From Eledone cirrhosa (taxonomy: Eukaryota): a DNA stretch of 64,000 bases. Positions 42,737 through 57,962 of this stretch are shown here, in pieces; position 1 is the first letter of the stretch, and the number at the start of each line of letters is the position of its first letter. The position numbers and the translations under genes were made by a program. The notes under the pieces were generated by a model, which ran no database searches, was not told where the DNA came from, and saw only the letters and a program-made list of their open reading frames with translations. The stretch is taken from the NCBI GenBank assembly GCA_964016885.1, contig OZ024740.1, positions 102,548,001-102,612,000 on the forward strand. Direction: 5' to 3'.

Positions 42737-43038
42737 TATAATAACTAGAAATTGATTAACATATAAATAAACATGAATAGTCACAGGAGATAATTTTTAC
42801 AAGTGTGTAAGCACACATAGCTAGGTAGGTAACTAAATAAAGATAACCAGAACTTCAAAAATAGATACCTTATAATATGATAAGGGAAGATTAATCATAT
42901 TATAAGGTATCTATTTTTGAAGTTCTGGTTATCTTTATTTAGTTACCTACCTAGCTATGTGTGCTTACACACTTGTAAAAATTATCTCCTGTGATTATTC
43001 ATGTTTATTTATATGTTAATCAATTTTTAGTTATTATA
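42737..43038. repeat. Near-perfect palindrome, 145 bp arms, 12 nt loop
   Basis: 42737-42881 versus 42894-43038, two mismatches seen. Confidence 0.95.
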
Positions 43039-43153
43039 AAATGCTCGGACCTATTCGTTAGAATCTTAGAGCTTATTTTGCGGGTGATATGGCGCATGTC
43101 TTTCTGGCATGACACCCATAATTTTGATTATATTAATTTTGGATATAGATATA

Positions 43154-43196
<43 letters not shown>

Positions 43197-43199
43197 GTA

Positions 43200-43308
<109 letters not shown>

Positions 43309-43341
43309 GTGTATATATATATATGTATATATATAGATATC

Positions 43342-43749
43342 TCCGGGAGAGATGACCCCTTAGCCTTTGTCAAGGCAGAATTCTAGGAGAAGGAAAACTG
43401 ATATAACACCTGCAACTCTGATGGTATCCAATGATGTTGATTTGTTCTTCTTTTTGGTAAATATCATCTTGGTTAAGAGAGTGGGACTGGCTTTGTGCAG
43501 TGCCTTTGCTCACTATAAAAGCTTCACGGCACAGGCATTGCTTTATATCTGGAGATCTCTCTGCACTTGTCGTCACATGGTACCATGGGCCCAGCACTAT
43601 GTGTCAATAATTGTCACAAGTGTAGTGTTTGTACCAGAGTTTTCTTGTCGCAGGCTGGACTAAAAAGTCACACTCGTTCAGCGCATCGGTAGGGTTTCTC
43701 CTACATGGATATAAAGTAGTGGCCGTACTCGAAAACGAGTTTGCAGCCA

Positions 43750-43751
<2 letters not shown>
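43342..43751 (+). mobile_element. Bipartite RTE-derived non-autonomous element
   Basis: Copy of 8248-8658 embedded in (TA)n. Confidence 0.75.
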
Positions 43752-43807
<56 letters not shown>

Positions 43808-44024
43808 ATATATATATATGTGTATATATATATGTATATGTATCCTTTCAACTTGTGCTTTCGTCTGTCCATCCTCAACAGTTCTTTTAAGGGCTATATG
43901 CGACAACAGTCCTTTTAAGGGCTATCTTCAGCTCTGATCAGGCCGTATGCGATAACAGTCCTTCTAAGGGCTATTCTCGGATCTGATCAGAAGTAGTGAC
44001 TAGACTGACTAACCACGTCGCTAC

Positions 44025-44539
44025 ACATATATGTATGTACATATACATACTTATATTTAAGTAAAAGCCGTACTAAGAGTGGGAAATGAAATTTCGTTTC
44101 ATTTTTTCCGTTTATCGTTTTCGGTTCAACCGGCCGATTAACTCACTCGATATGCAAATTGGGCTACTTAGCCGTTAATATGCATAAGGAAAGTATATAC
44201 TCTCTGACGTTCAACTATGTGGCAGGAAGGTATACGTTGCTGACGATAGCTGACAAACTTGAAACTAGTACAGCGTTCCTTTGTCAGTGTTGAACAAATG
44301 AGCAACGGTGGTTGCTAGACACTACGGCTTAATACGGGATGTTTGTTTACAAACTCACCGAGCATTATAATAACTGTTTGGTGAATCCATACGTACATAT
44401 ATATATGTGTGCATGTATGTATATATACATACCACTGTACGTCTGTATACATATATGTATGTACGTATACATACTTATATTTAAGTAACAGCCGTACTAA
44501 GAGTGGGCAATGAGATTTCGTTTCATTTTTTCCGTTTAT
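44025..44539 (+). mobile_element. Terminally redundant 424 bp ORF-less unit carrying a hammerhead (retrozyme / PLE pLTR-like)
   Basis: 91 bp direct repeats 44025-44115 and 44449-44539 (4 mismatches) with a ribozyme motif between them. Confidence 0.65.
44234..44276 (+). ncRNA. Minimal type I hammerhead ribozyme
   Basis: ACGTTG-CTGACGA-tAGcT/gaca/AaCTt-GAAA-CTAG-T-A-CAGCGT; 6 bp stem I, palindromic ACTAGT stem III, weakened stem II. Confidence 0.78.
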
Positions 44540-46194
<1,655 letters not shown>

Positions 46195-46759
46195 TGTATG
46201 TATGTATGTATGTATGTATGTATGTATGTATGTATGTATGTATGTATGTATGTATGTATGTATGTATGTATGTATGTATGTATGTATGTCCGGGAGAGAT
46301 GACCCCTTAGCCTTTGTCAAGGCAGAATTCTAGGAGAAGGAAAACTCTGATATAACACCTGCAACCCTGATGGTATCCAATGATGTTGACTTGTTCTTCT
46401 TTTTGGTAAATATCATCTTGGTTAAGAGAGTGGGTCTGGCTTTGTGCAGTGCCTTTGCTCACTATAAAAGCTTCACGGCACAGGCATTGCTTTGTATCTG
46501 GAGATCTCTCTGCACTTGTCGTCACATGGTACCATGGGCCCAGCACTATGTGTCAGTAATTGTCACAAGTGTAGTGTTTGTACCAGAGTTTTCAAGTCGC
46601 TGGCTGGACTAAAATGTCACACTCGTTCAGCGCATCGGTAGGGGTTCTCCTACATGGATATAAAGTAGTGGCCGTACTCGAAAACGAGTTGGCAGCCACC
46701 ATGTATGTATGTATGTATGTATGTATGTATGTATGTATGTATGTATGTATGTATGTATG

Positions 46760-46820
<61 letters not shown>

Positions 46821-46832
46821 ATATATATATAT

Positions 46833-47899
46833 AGGGTAGGAACTCCATTCTCTGCCCCAAATGCAAACAATGGGTACACAAGAGATGTAGCGGGATTTCA
46901 GGAAGCTTAATTAAGAATGTAGGATTCACATGTGCTGAAACAGCAAGCAAACAGCCACAGGAAACAAGTACCACCAATCTCTGGGAGGGCCCTGTAGAAA
47001 CAGTAGACAGCTTCTGCTACCTAGGTGACCGAATTAGCAACGGAGGTGGGTGCTCAGAAAGTACAATAACTAGGGTAAGAACGGGATGGAAGAAGTTTAG
47101 GGAACTACTACCACTGCTAGCTGCAAAAGGCTTCTCCCTCAGAATGAAAGGCAGACTGTATGATGCGTGTATCCGAACAGCGATGTTGCATGGTAGTGAG
47201 ACCTGGGCGCTGAAGGTGGAAGACTTACGTAGATTAGAGAGAAACGAAGCCTGCATGCTCCGATGGATGTGTAACAGTAATATACGTGAACGACAAAGCA
47301 TAAAGGAATTGAGAGAGAGACTGAGCATAAGAGGAATCAAATGCTGCGTGCAGGAGAGGCGGTTACGCTGGTATGGACATGTGATGCGTATGAAGGATGA
47401 CAGCTGCATAAAAAGGTGCAGAGCACTAGAAGTTGATGGAAACCGCGGAGTGGGGAGACCCAAGATGACTTGGGATGAGGTGATAAAAGCCGACCTTACC
47501 CAACTACACCTCTCAAAGTCAATGACACACGACCGTGACTTCTGGCGTCACGCAGTAATACAGGGTACCCGACCTCCCATGGGTACATGCTGAAGCATAT
47601 AAACAATATGCCCCCCCCCCCCCCCCCCCACCGCAAGGTGGTCGTGGAGGTGCCACGGCAAAAAAGCACCCAGCCCACACTGTAAAGTGGACGTGTAGGC
47701 GCCACGAAAAAGCACCCAGCACTCACTGTAAATGAGGTTGGTGTTAGGAAGGGCATCCAGCTGTAGAAATCAAGCCAGATCAGTTCCTGTATGAGCAAGG
47801 CATGGTCAGCCGACCAGACACTGCCCACAACAGGACAACCCGTCTAACCCATGCTAGCGTGGAAGAACGGACGTAAAACGGTGATGATGATGATGATAA

Positions 47900-47900
<1 letters not shown>
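46833..47900 (+). mobile_element. RTE LINE 3' fragment (subfamily A); duplicate at 49470-50530
   Basis: ORF 47144-47593 MKGRLYDACIRTAMLHGSETWALKVEDLRRLERNE...DRDFWR; 3' UTR ending (gat)n. Confidence 0.9.
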
Positions 47901-47948
<48 letters not shown>

Positions 47949-47949
<1 letters not shown>

Positions 47950-48640
47950 ATATATTTAGAAACACACAGATACATGCGGACACACACATATATACATGAA
48001 TGCATCCGCACCCAACTGTGAGTTAAGGGTGCCAACTTCACCGATGTTGCTCAATGAATGACCGGGACAGACCAATTCAGTTGAACCAGACTGAACCAGT
48101 ATCAGAGTTAAAAATACATTATGAAGAGAGAAGAAACATTTAGATATAATTAGTAATAAAATGTATCATACCTAAACTGTTCCTAAATTCCTCGACTACG
48201 TAGTTTCGTGGCATAAACAAAAACAATATATCATAAAGATATAGAGTCCCTGCGAGGTCTGCCGACTTATCAAGAGACGCGTCTACACGACGTGAGAAAG
48301 AATCCCAAAAGGCGGAGGGGGAGATAGTCACGCGATATAACGGTCGAGAAACAGAGCTAAGCCTCTTATAACCACGAAGAAAATACCACGGAGGTGGAAG
48401 GGGTATTCATATCGAGGCCGCAGAAGAGGTGGTGAAGAAGGCTAGAAGTATGAGTAAAGGAAGCTTTCCAGTTGTCCTCACACTTCAAAGATTGCTCGAC
48501 CAGAGGGAGTTATTAACAATATATTTAGAAACACACAGATACATGCGGACACACACATATATACATGAATGCATCCGCACCCAACTGTGGATACATTTTA
48601 TTACTAATTATATCTAAATGTTTCTTCTCTCTTCATAATG

Positions 48641-48642
<2 letters not shown>
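47949..48642 (-). mobile_element. 569 bp terminally redundant ORF-less unit with inverted cap and degenerate hammerhead; duplicate at 50597-51290
   Basis: 72 bp direct repeats 47949-48020 and 48518-48589; 53 bp inverted pair 48115-48167 and 48590-48642; hammerhead-like motif 48190-48277. Confidence 0.62.
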
Positions 48643-48675
<33 letters not shown>

Positions 48676-48678
48676 GTA

Positions 48679-48710
<32 letters not shown>

Positions 48711-48800
48711 TATATATATATATGTATATATATATATATGTATATATATATATGTATATATATATATATGTATATATATATATGTATATATATATATATG

Positions 48801-48914
<114 letters not shown>

Positions 48915-49394
48915 TGTATGTCCGGGAGAGATGACCCCTTAGCCTTTGTCAAGGCAGAATTCTAGGAGAAGGAAAACTCTGATATAACACCTGCAACCCT
49001 GATGGTATCCAATGATGTTGACTTGTTCTTCTTTTTGGTAAATATCATCTTGGTTAAGAGAGTGAGACTGGCTTTGTGCAGTGCCTTTGCTCACTATAAA
49101 AGCTTCACGGCACAGGCATTGCTTTATATCTGGACTCTCTCTGCACTTGTCGTCACATGGTACCATGGGCCCAGCACTATGTGTCAGTAATTGTCACAAG
49201 TGTAGTGTTTGTACCAGAGTTTTCAAGTCGCTGGCTGGACTAAAAAGTCACACTCGTTCAGCGCATCGGTAGGGGTTCTCCTACATGGATATAAAGTAGT
49301 GGCCGTACTCGAAAACGAGTTGGCAGCCACCATGTATGTATGTATGTATGTATGTATGTATGTATGTATGTATGTATGTATGTATGTATGTATG

Positions 49395-49457
<63 letters not shown>

Positions 49458-50529
49458 ATATATATATATAGGGTAGGAACTCCATTCTCTGCCCCAAATG
49501 CAAACAATGGGTACACAAGAGATGTAGCGGGATTTCAGGAAGCTTAATTAAGAATGTAGGATTCACATGTGCTGAAACAGCAAGCAAACAGCCACAGGAA
49601 ACAAGTACCACCAATCTCTGGGAGGGCCCTGTAGAAACAGTAGACAGCTTCTGCTACCTAGGTGACCGAATTAGCAACGGAGGTGGGTGCTCAGAAAGTA
49701 CAATAACTAGGGTAAGAACGGGATGGAAGAAGTTTAGGGAACTACTACCACTGCTAGCTGCAAAAGGCTTCTCCCTCAGAATGAAAGGCAGACTGTATGA
49801 TGCGTGTATCCGAACAGCGATGTTGCATGGTAGTGAGACCTGGGCGCTGAAGGTGGAAGACTTACGTAGATTAGAGAGAAACGAAGCCTGCATGCTCCGA
49901 TGGATGTGTAACAGTAATATACGTGAACGACAAAGCATAAAGGAATTGAGAGAGAGACTGAGCATAAGAGGAATCAAATGCTGCGTGCAGGAGAGGCGGT
50001 TACGCTGGTATGGACATGTGATGCGTATGAAGGATGACAGCTGCATAAAAAGGTGCAGAGCACTAGAAGTTGATGGAAACCGCGGAGTGGGGAGACCCAA
50101 GATGACTTGGGATGAGGTGATAAAAGCCGACCTTACCCAACTACACCTCTCAAAGTCAATGACACACGACCGTGACTTCTGGCGTCACGCAGTAATACAG
50201 GGTACCCGACCTCCCATGGGTACATGCTGAAGCATATAAACAATATGCCCCCCCCCCCCACCGCAAGGTGGTCGTGGAGGTGCCACGGCAAAAAAGCACC
50301 CAGCCCACACTGTAAAGTGGACGTGTAGGCGCCACGAAAAAGCACCCAGCACTCACTGTAAATGAGGTTGGTGTTAGGAAGGGCATCCAGCTGTAGAAAT
50401 CAAGCCAGATCAGTTCCTGTATGAGCAAGGCATGGTCAGCCGACCAGACACTGCCCACAACAGGACAACCCGTCTAACCCATGCTAGCGTGGAAGAACGG
50501 ACGTAAAACGGTGATGATGATGATGATAA

Positions 50530-50597
<68 letters not shown>

Positions 50598-51288
50598 ATA
50601 TATTTAGAAACACACAGATACATGCGGACACACACATATATACATGAATGCATCCGCACCCAACTGTGAGTTAAGGGTGCCAACTTCACCGATGTTGCTC
50701 AATGAATGACCGGGACAGACCAATTCAGTTGAACCAGACTGAACCAGTATCAGAGTTAAAAATACATTATGAAGAGAGAAGAAACATTTAGATATAATTA
50801 GTAATAAAATGTATCATACCTAAACTGTTCCTAAATTCCTCGACTACGTAGTTTCGTGGCATAAACAAAAACAATATATCATAAAGATATAGAGTCCCTG
50901 CGAGGTCTGCCGACTTATCAAGAGACGCGTCTACACGACGTGAGAAAGAATCCCAAAAGGCGGAGGGGGAGATAGTCACGCGATATAACGGTCGAGAAAC
51001 AGAGCTAAGCCTCTTATAACCACGAAGAAAATACCACGGAGGTGGAAGGGGTATTCATATCGAGGCCGCAGAAGAGGTGGTGAAGAAGGCTAGAAGTATG
51101 AGTAAAGGAAGCTTTCCAGTTGTCCTCACATTTCAAAGATTGCTCGACCAGAGGGAGTTATTAACAATATATTTAGAAACACACAGATACATGCGGACAC
51201 ACACATATATACATGAATGCATCCGCACCCAACTGTGGATACATTTTATTACTAATTATATCTAAATGTTTCTTCTCTCTTCATAATG

Positions 51289-51410
<122 letters not shown>

Positions 51411-51470
51411 TATATATATATATGTATATATATATATATGTATATATATATATGTATATATATATATATG

Positions 51471-51535
<65 letters not shown>

Positions 51536-52163
51536 TTCTACTGAGTTAGGAGTAAAGTAGACTAATAAGACCCAATTCACAATAATTTTTGCTTTAATGA
51601 TTTGCTGGCAACATTTTCATCAATGATGGGTCAATTTTATACAACAGTTATTTTGATCCTGGTGTTCCTTTCAACCAATTAACCATATAAGGGAAATGAT
51701 AAATCTGTCATCAACCAAGCAGAAGTAATGTACCTTTATGAAGGAAGACCAACATAATGATTTCTAATTTAGGCACAAGGCCAATAATTTGTGGGGAAGG
51801 GAAAGTCCATTACATTGATCTGAGTGATTAGTAATATATTTTATCAACCCCAAAAGGATGACACAGCATCATGTGTCAACAGTTGAAATAACACCATAGA
51901 TCACATTCAAAAGGAAGCTATTGGCTGGTTGGCAAAGACCTACCCACACTTTTGAACCTCTAGCCTAGAGACTTAACTAAAAGATCCTCCCAACCCTTAC
52001 AATTATTAATAAATGACAATAATATTTAACTTCTTTCCCATCTTGTCAATATGAGACTGAAAGTGTTAGTTTACCTACAGTAAATTATAAGATTTAGAAA
52101 TGATTTTATATTTTGGTTATTGGTTAGTAAATGAATGATTAAAGTGTGCTAATACTGTGTTAA

Positions 52164-52393
52164 TTCTTTCAATACCAAGCTACTTGAAACCACCCCTGAT
52201 TTTGTGATATAGTGCATATTTTTATCTAAATAACCTTCCATCATAATTTTATTTGAGAGCCTTTGTTAAATTATGCACCAAGGACCAACTTATTAATGGA
52301 AAAGTTAGTTATATTACTAAATTCTTGATTATTCTCAAAATTATTTGAAAATTGTAAACAATGTCATTCATTAGTTACATGATAATGAAAGGG
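52164..52393. mobile_element. Degenerate piggyBac-like MITE, followed by an inverted partial relative to about 52530
   Basis: ttaa-ttctttcaatacc ... gataatgaaaggg-ttaa. Confidence 0.5.
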
Positions 52394-53084
52394 TTAACTA
52401 TATTTCTAATGAAATGCACTGCCTGTAATTTTCAAATCATTTTGAAATTAATAAAAACAAAATGGGAGGGATTTGGTAATGTAACTAACTTTGCCATTAT
52501 TATCTGGTGTTTGGAACGTAACTTAACAAAGGTTCGACATTATTGTTCCATGTAAAAAAAATTGTGTGACGTAGACACAAGAACATATGATGTGTGTGTG
52601 CACGCACCTATGTGAGTGTATGGGTGAGTGAATAAACTATATCCCATATACTCTTTGCGTATTGTTGAGGCCTGATTGCTTGGGATTAATTAGCATTAGC
52701 ACTAACACAGCGTGATTCCTAATAGAGGTGTACATGAGGACATATATGATATATTTCATCATCATCAATATATGTCCCCAGGCTGGCATGGGTTGGACAT
52801 GATATTTTGAAACAATGTTTTACAGATAGGTGTTCTCCTGACACTAACCCTTTCAATCACTTCATACAGTGTATAATAAATATATATAAGTTTCACTAAG
52901 AATGTTTTAAGCAGTGATCATGTCACAGCTATCTTGATAGCAATGTGAGAACCCCAGACACTAAAGTTCCAGAATTTTTTAATCCTTCATCAAGCCGTTT
53001 ACTCTTTTAGTACTGAGACAAGAATAAGCTATTGTTATACATGAACATATTGTATATGCCTTCATATACACCTCTGTTATAATT

Positions 53085-53268
53085 GTTTCTACTTTTGGCA
53101 CAAGGCCAGCAATTACCCAGTGTATTACTGGTACTTTATTTTATCGACCCCGTAAGGATGAAAGGCAAAGTTAACCTCGGCGGGATTTGAACTCAGAATG
53201 GCAAAGGCCGTAACTCTATACGTCAAAGCATGGCATCCAACCCTCTACCGATACTGCCAATTCACCAG
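53085..53268 (-). mobile_element. tRNA-derived SINE (second family)
   Basis: Minus strand tggcagtatcggtagagg...gagttcaaatcccgccgaggttaactttgcctttcatcc..ggggtcgataaaataaagtaccagt. Confidence 0.78.
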
Positions 53269-54006
53269 GTATTTGGACGATACCTACATATGGTACATAT
53301 TTTCAGCTAGAAAGCTTGCCAAACAAAGGGTTGGGAGGACCCTTCAGTCATGTCAAGGATATGACAGCTTCCCTAGTGTTGGTGATCTACACAATAAATA
53401 GATCCAGTACATGCTGTAAAGTGGTTGGTGATAGGAAGGGCATCCAGCCATAGAAAGCTTGCTAAACAAAGGGGTGGGAGGACCCTTCAGTCGTGTCTGA
53501 CTTGGTCTATGTAGACCCATCCAACCCTTGCTAGCAGGGAAGCAGACGTTAAAATGATGATGATGATTTTACTTTTGTACTCCCATTTGATACCTACTCA
53601 CAATGTACCACAGGAGAGGGATTTATATGTCTTTATATGCATGTGCTATAATACTTTTCAAGCAAATACATATTTGAACTCTATATATCCAGTCTATACT
53701 GAGAGTTATATATAAATAAAATATTGAATGGTGTATAGCCAGTTAAATACTTGAGGGTGTTCAGCCAGTTTAATATAGGAATGAAATACACACACACACC
53801 TATATATGAAAACATACATACTCACGCATACACACACACATGCATACATACATACATACACACATACATGCATACATACATATGATATACATATAAATGT
53901 ATATACTGAGTTTAATACTGGAAGGAAATATTGAGAAGTATATAAAACTGTTTACTATTGAGTTGATATATTGACAGGGTTGTGTCCTGAAATTGTTCTT
54001 TATCAG

Positions 54007-54092
54007 GTAAAACTTACAAATACTACGACTGTAAATGGCATGAAATCCAATCAGCTGAAGACAACATCAGACTGACTAAAACTGAAGGACAG
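54007..54092 (+). CDS. Candidate isolated host coding exon (KTYKYYDCKWHEIQSAEDNIRLTKTEGQ), product unknown
   Basis: Pyrimidine tract gttctttatcAG acceptor, 86 nt with an open frame, strong CAG|GTAAG donor, non-repetitive sequence. Confidence 0.35.
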
Positions 54093-54174
54093 GTAAGGAA
54101 TAGGGTTGATTTCACAGGTGTTAGTCAACACCATTCTTAATGATTCATTAACAACATTATTAATTATTGATTGC

Positions 54175-54525
54175 GGACATAGGTATTGTTGAATGATGAA
54201 GAAGTTTACTCCACAGTCATGAGGTACCAGGTTCAATCTTACTACAGGGCATCTTGCGTAGGCACCTTTTACTCTAGCCCTGGGTTGATCCAAATCTTCT
54301 CAGTGAAACAGGGTAGATGAAAACTGTTTACAAACCTGTCAAATGGACTGTATTTGTAATTTAAAATGCTAGCTTTGCCAAAGAATGTGTCAGACTAATA
54401 CATCTTAAGAATGATGCTAAGGGTAAACATGTCAGTGGAATACTCACACACTTACAGGTTAATTTCATGAGAAGGTGATCCTATGAAACAACTGGAACAC
54501 TCATTGTTGAAACTGATGGAGGTCC
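54175..54525 (+). mobile_element. Old tRNA-derived SINE (third family)
   Basis: Degenerate head with ggttcaatc B box; body and tail shared with 55-270. Confidence 0.55.
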
Positions 54526-54684
54526 ATTTATTTTACTTTCCCATTGTTGATTAACATTGTTGTTAATTTTTGTATGGTTAACATAATTTAATTTTTGGTG
54601 TAGTTAACAGTGTGATTAATTACTATTAGTATAGTTACAAATGTTAATTATTATTAATTATTAGTGTAACTACTATTACAGTTT

Positions 54685-57600
54685 TCATCATCATCATTTT
54701 ACATCCATTCTTTCCACGCTAGCATGGGTTAGAGGGGTTGTCCTGTTGTGGGCAGTGTCCACTTGGCTGACCTTGTCTTGGTCATACGGGAACTGATTCT
54801 GGCCTGATTTCTACAGCTGGATGCCCTTCCTAACACCAACCTCATTTACAGTGAGTGCTGGGTGCTTTTTTTTCCGTGGTGCCTACACGTCCACTTTACA
54901 GTGTGGGCTGGGTGCTTTTTTGCCATGGCACCTCCACGACTACTTTGTAGTGGGTGGGGGGGGGGGGCATATTGTCTATATGCTTCAGCTTCAGCTTGTA
55001 CCCGTGGGAAGTCGGGTCTTCTGTATTACTGCATGACAGAGGTCATGGTCCTGTGTCATCGCCTTTGAGAGGTGCAATTAGGTAAGGTCGGCTTTTATCA
55101 CCTCATCCCAGATCTTCTTGGGTCTCCCCACTCCACAGCTACCATCGACCTCTAGTGCTCTGCACCTTTTTATGTAGCTGTCATCCTTCATATGCATCAC
55201 ATGTCCATACCAACGCAACCTCCTCTCCTGCACATAGCATTTAATTCCTCTTATGCTCAGTCACTCTCTCTCAATTCGTTTATGCTTTGCCGTTTGCATA
55301 TATTATTATTACACATTCATTGGAGCATGCAAGGTTCATTTCTTTCTAATGTACACAAGTCTTCTACAGACAGCGCCCAGGTCTCACTACCATGTAGCAT
55401 TGCTGTTCGTATACACGCATCATACAGTCTGCCTTTCATTTTGAGGGAAAAGCCTTTTACAGCTAGCAGTGGTTCCCTGAACTTCTTCCACCACGTTCTT
55501 ACCTTGCTTATTGTACTTTTCGAACAACCACCTCCACTGTTAATTCGGTCATTTAGGTAGCAAAAACTGTCTACTGTTTCTACAGAGCCCTCCCAAAGTT
55601 TATTGGTACTTGTTTCCTGTGGCTGTTTGCTGCTTGCTGTCCCGGTACAGCTGCTACATGTAAAGCCTACATTCTTAGCTAAGCTTTCTCAGATCCCACT
55701 ACATCTCTTGTGTACCCATTGTTTGCATTTGGGGCAGAGGATGGAGTTCCTACCTACACCTTTGCTACATACTGAGCAAGGCCATTTCCCTGAGGGGATC
55801 TGACTTCTGTTTTCTTGTCTATTTACAAGGACCTTAGTGTTTGTCAGGTTGACTTTGTAGTTCCTGCTTCCATGTTTGGAATTTCTTCACTAGAGTCAAA
55901 AAGCCTTAAAATTAACTTGTCTAAGACTAAAGTTCTAGTATGTAGGAAGGAAAATAGGGCACTGGTCCCATCTGGGAAATGGCCATGCTTAGTTTGTAGG
56001 AAAGGAGTAGGCAGAAACTCCATTTTATGTCCCAAATGCAAATTATTGGTGCATAAAAGATGTAGTGGGATCACAGGTAAGCTAACTAAGAATATAGATT
56101 TTATATGTGGCCGGTGCTCAGGTGCAATAAGTAGCAGCAAGTGCTCACAGAATACTAGCTCATTCCATTGCCCAGATTGTTCTATAGAAATAGTGGACAC
56201 CTTCTGTTACCTGGGTGACAAAATCAGCAGTGGTGGAGGGTGCTCTGAAAATACAGTAGCTAGAGTCAGAACAGGATGGAAAGAGTTCAGAGAGCATATA
56301 CCACTATTAGCCGCTAAAGGTTTTTCTCTAAAAATGAAAGGCAGGCTGTATGATGCCTGCATACGAACAGCAATGTTACATGGCAGTGAGACATGGGCAT
56401 TGTGTGCAGAGGATCTATGCTGACTGGAGAGGAACGAAGTTTGCATGCTCCGTTGGATGTGTAATGGTAATATACGTGAACGGCAAGGCATAAATGAACT
56501 AAGTGAGAAATTAGGAATAAGAGGGATCAGATGCTGTTTACTCGAGAGAAAACTATGTTGGTATGGTCACGTGATGCGCATGAATGACGACAGCTGTATA
56601 AAAAAGTGCAGGGCGATCAAAATAGACGGTAGCTATGGAGTAGGTGGACCCAGAAAAACCTGGGACGTCTTCATAAATTCCAACCTCATATACTTACACC
56701 CCTCCAAGATAATGTCACTGGACCGAGATCTTTGGCGCTATGCAGTAATACAGAAGACCTGCCCTGCCTAAGTACAAAGCGAAACCTACAGTCAGTAGGC
56801 ACCTCTTAACCAAAATACACCCCCATCCCACTACCCCTACCCCCACCGCCATCTACACCACCCCTTTCAATGTAAAGTTATGTTGGTACCACAACATCCA
56901 GTCCTAAATAAATGAGGTCGTGTAGGTGTCACAACAAAAAACACACAGTCCACGCTGTAATGTGGCCGTGTAGGTAACACGGTAAAAACCTCCCAGTCCA
57001 CACTGTAAACGTGGTCGGTGTTAGGAAGGGCATCCGGCCGTAGAAAACCCACCAGACAGTCCTATACGGGCAAGACAACCAATCTTGCCTCAAGTGGGAC
57101 AATTCCCATCCAAACCCATGCTAGCGTGTAAGATGGATGTTATACGATGATGATGATGATGAGTTCCACCATAGATTCAGCTATAAGTGCGAGGTCATCT
57201 GCATACAGGAGTTCCCATGGGCATCCGGTCTTAAACTCCTCCGTTATTGCCTGCAGGACTATGATGAATAGGAGAGGGCTAACAACAGAGCTCTGGTGGA
57301 CACCGACCTGTACACTAAATTCCTCGCTATACTCATTGATAATCCTAACTTTGCTGACTGCTCCCCTATACATGGCTTGTACAGCTTTCACAAGCCATTC
57401 ATCTACTCCTAGTTTTCTAAGAGCCCACCAGATTATAGCAAGGGGAACTCTGTCAAAGGCTTTCTCGAGATCTACGAATGCCAGGTAGAGCAGCTTACTT
57501 TTAGCTAGGCACTTTTCCTGTAATTGCCTCACAAGGAAGAGGGCATCAGTGGTGCCTTTTCCTGGTACAAACCAAAATTGCATCCCATCTAGTTTTACCT

Positions 57601-57760
57601 GGTCCCTAATCAACTGTGCACTTTCCATTACTTTCATGATCTGGTCCATCAGCTTTATACCTCTATAGTTTCCTCTATCTAGTGCATCATCTTTACCCTT
57701 GTAGCAGTTGACAATGATGATGATGATGATGCACCAATCCCTTGGTATAACACCCTCTAG
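54685..57760 (-). mobile_element. RTE subfamily A copy, split at about 55890/57160 by an antisense subfamily B insertion
   Basis: 57161-57760 encodes RT (DLEKAFDRVP, LLYADD..ESMVEL); the sequence resumes near 55889 with KKFQTWKQ. Confidence 0.85.
55890..57160 (+). mobile_element. RTE subfamily B 3' fragment nested in the A copy
   Basis: LESKSLKINLSKTKVL..PHD-like finger..GSETWALCAED..; (gat)n tail. Confidence 0.88.
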
Positions 57761-57794
57761 TATTATGAATTATATCTTTACTGACCGAGATTAA

Positions 57795-57962
57795 TGAAAT
57801 AATGAAATTATTGTGTACAGTGATCAGGTGCACTACAACTCATCAAAGGTGCATGTATAGTACATAGAATAATATACAAATGTCAGGGAAGTGAATAGTG
57901 TATGAGTCATGATATACATGTGTGTGTATGGAGGGGGAATATTATGTGTATTTTTGGTGAAT
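57795..57962 (-). mobile_element. CR1 3' UTR fragment
   Basis: Matches tail at 20870-20985. Confidence 0.75.

Noticed and set aside
43843-43990. Short imperfect repeats (aacagtccttttaagggcta) with CTGAAGA on the minus strand
   Set aside because: No correctly placed GAAA/stem III; treated as a small local tandem repeat
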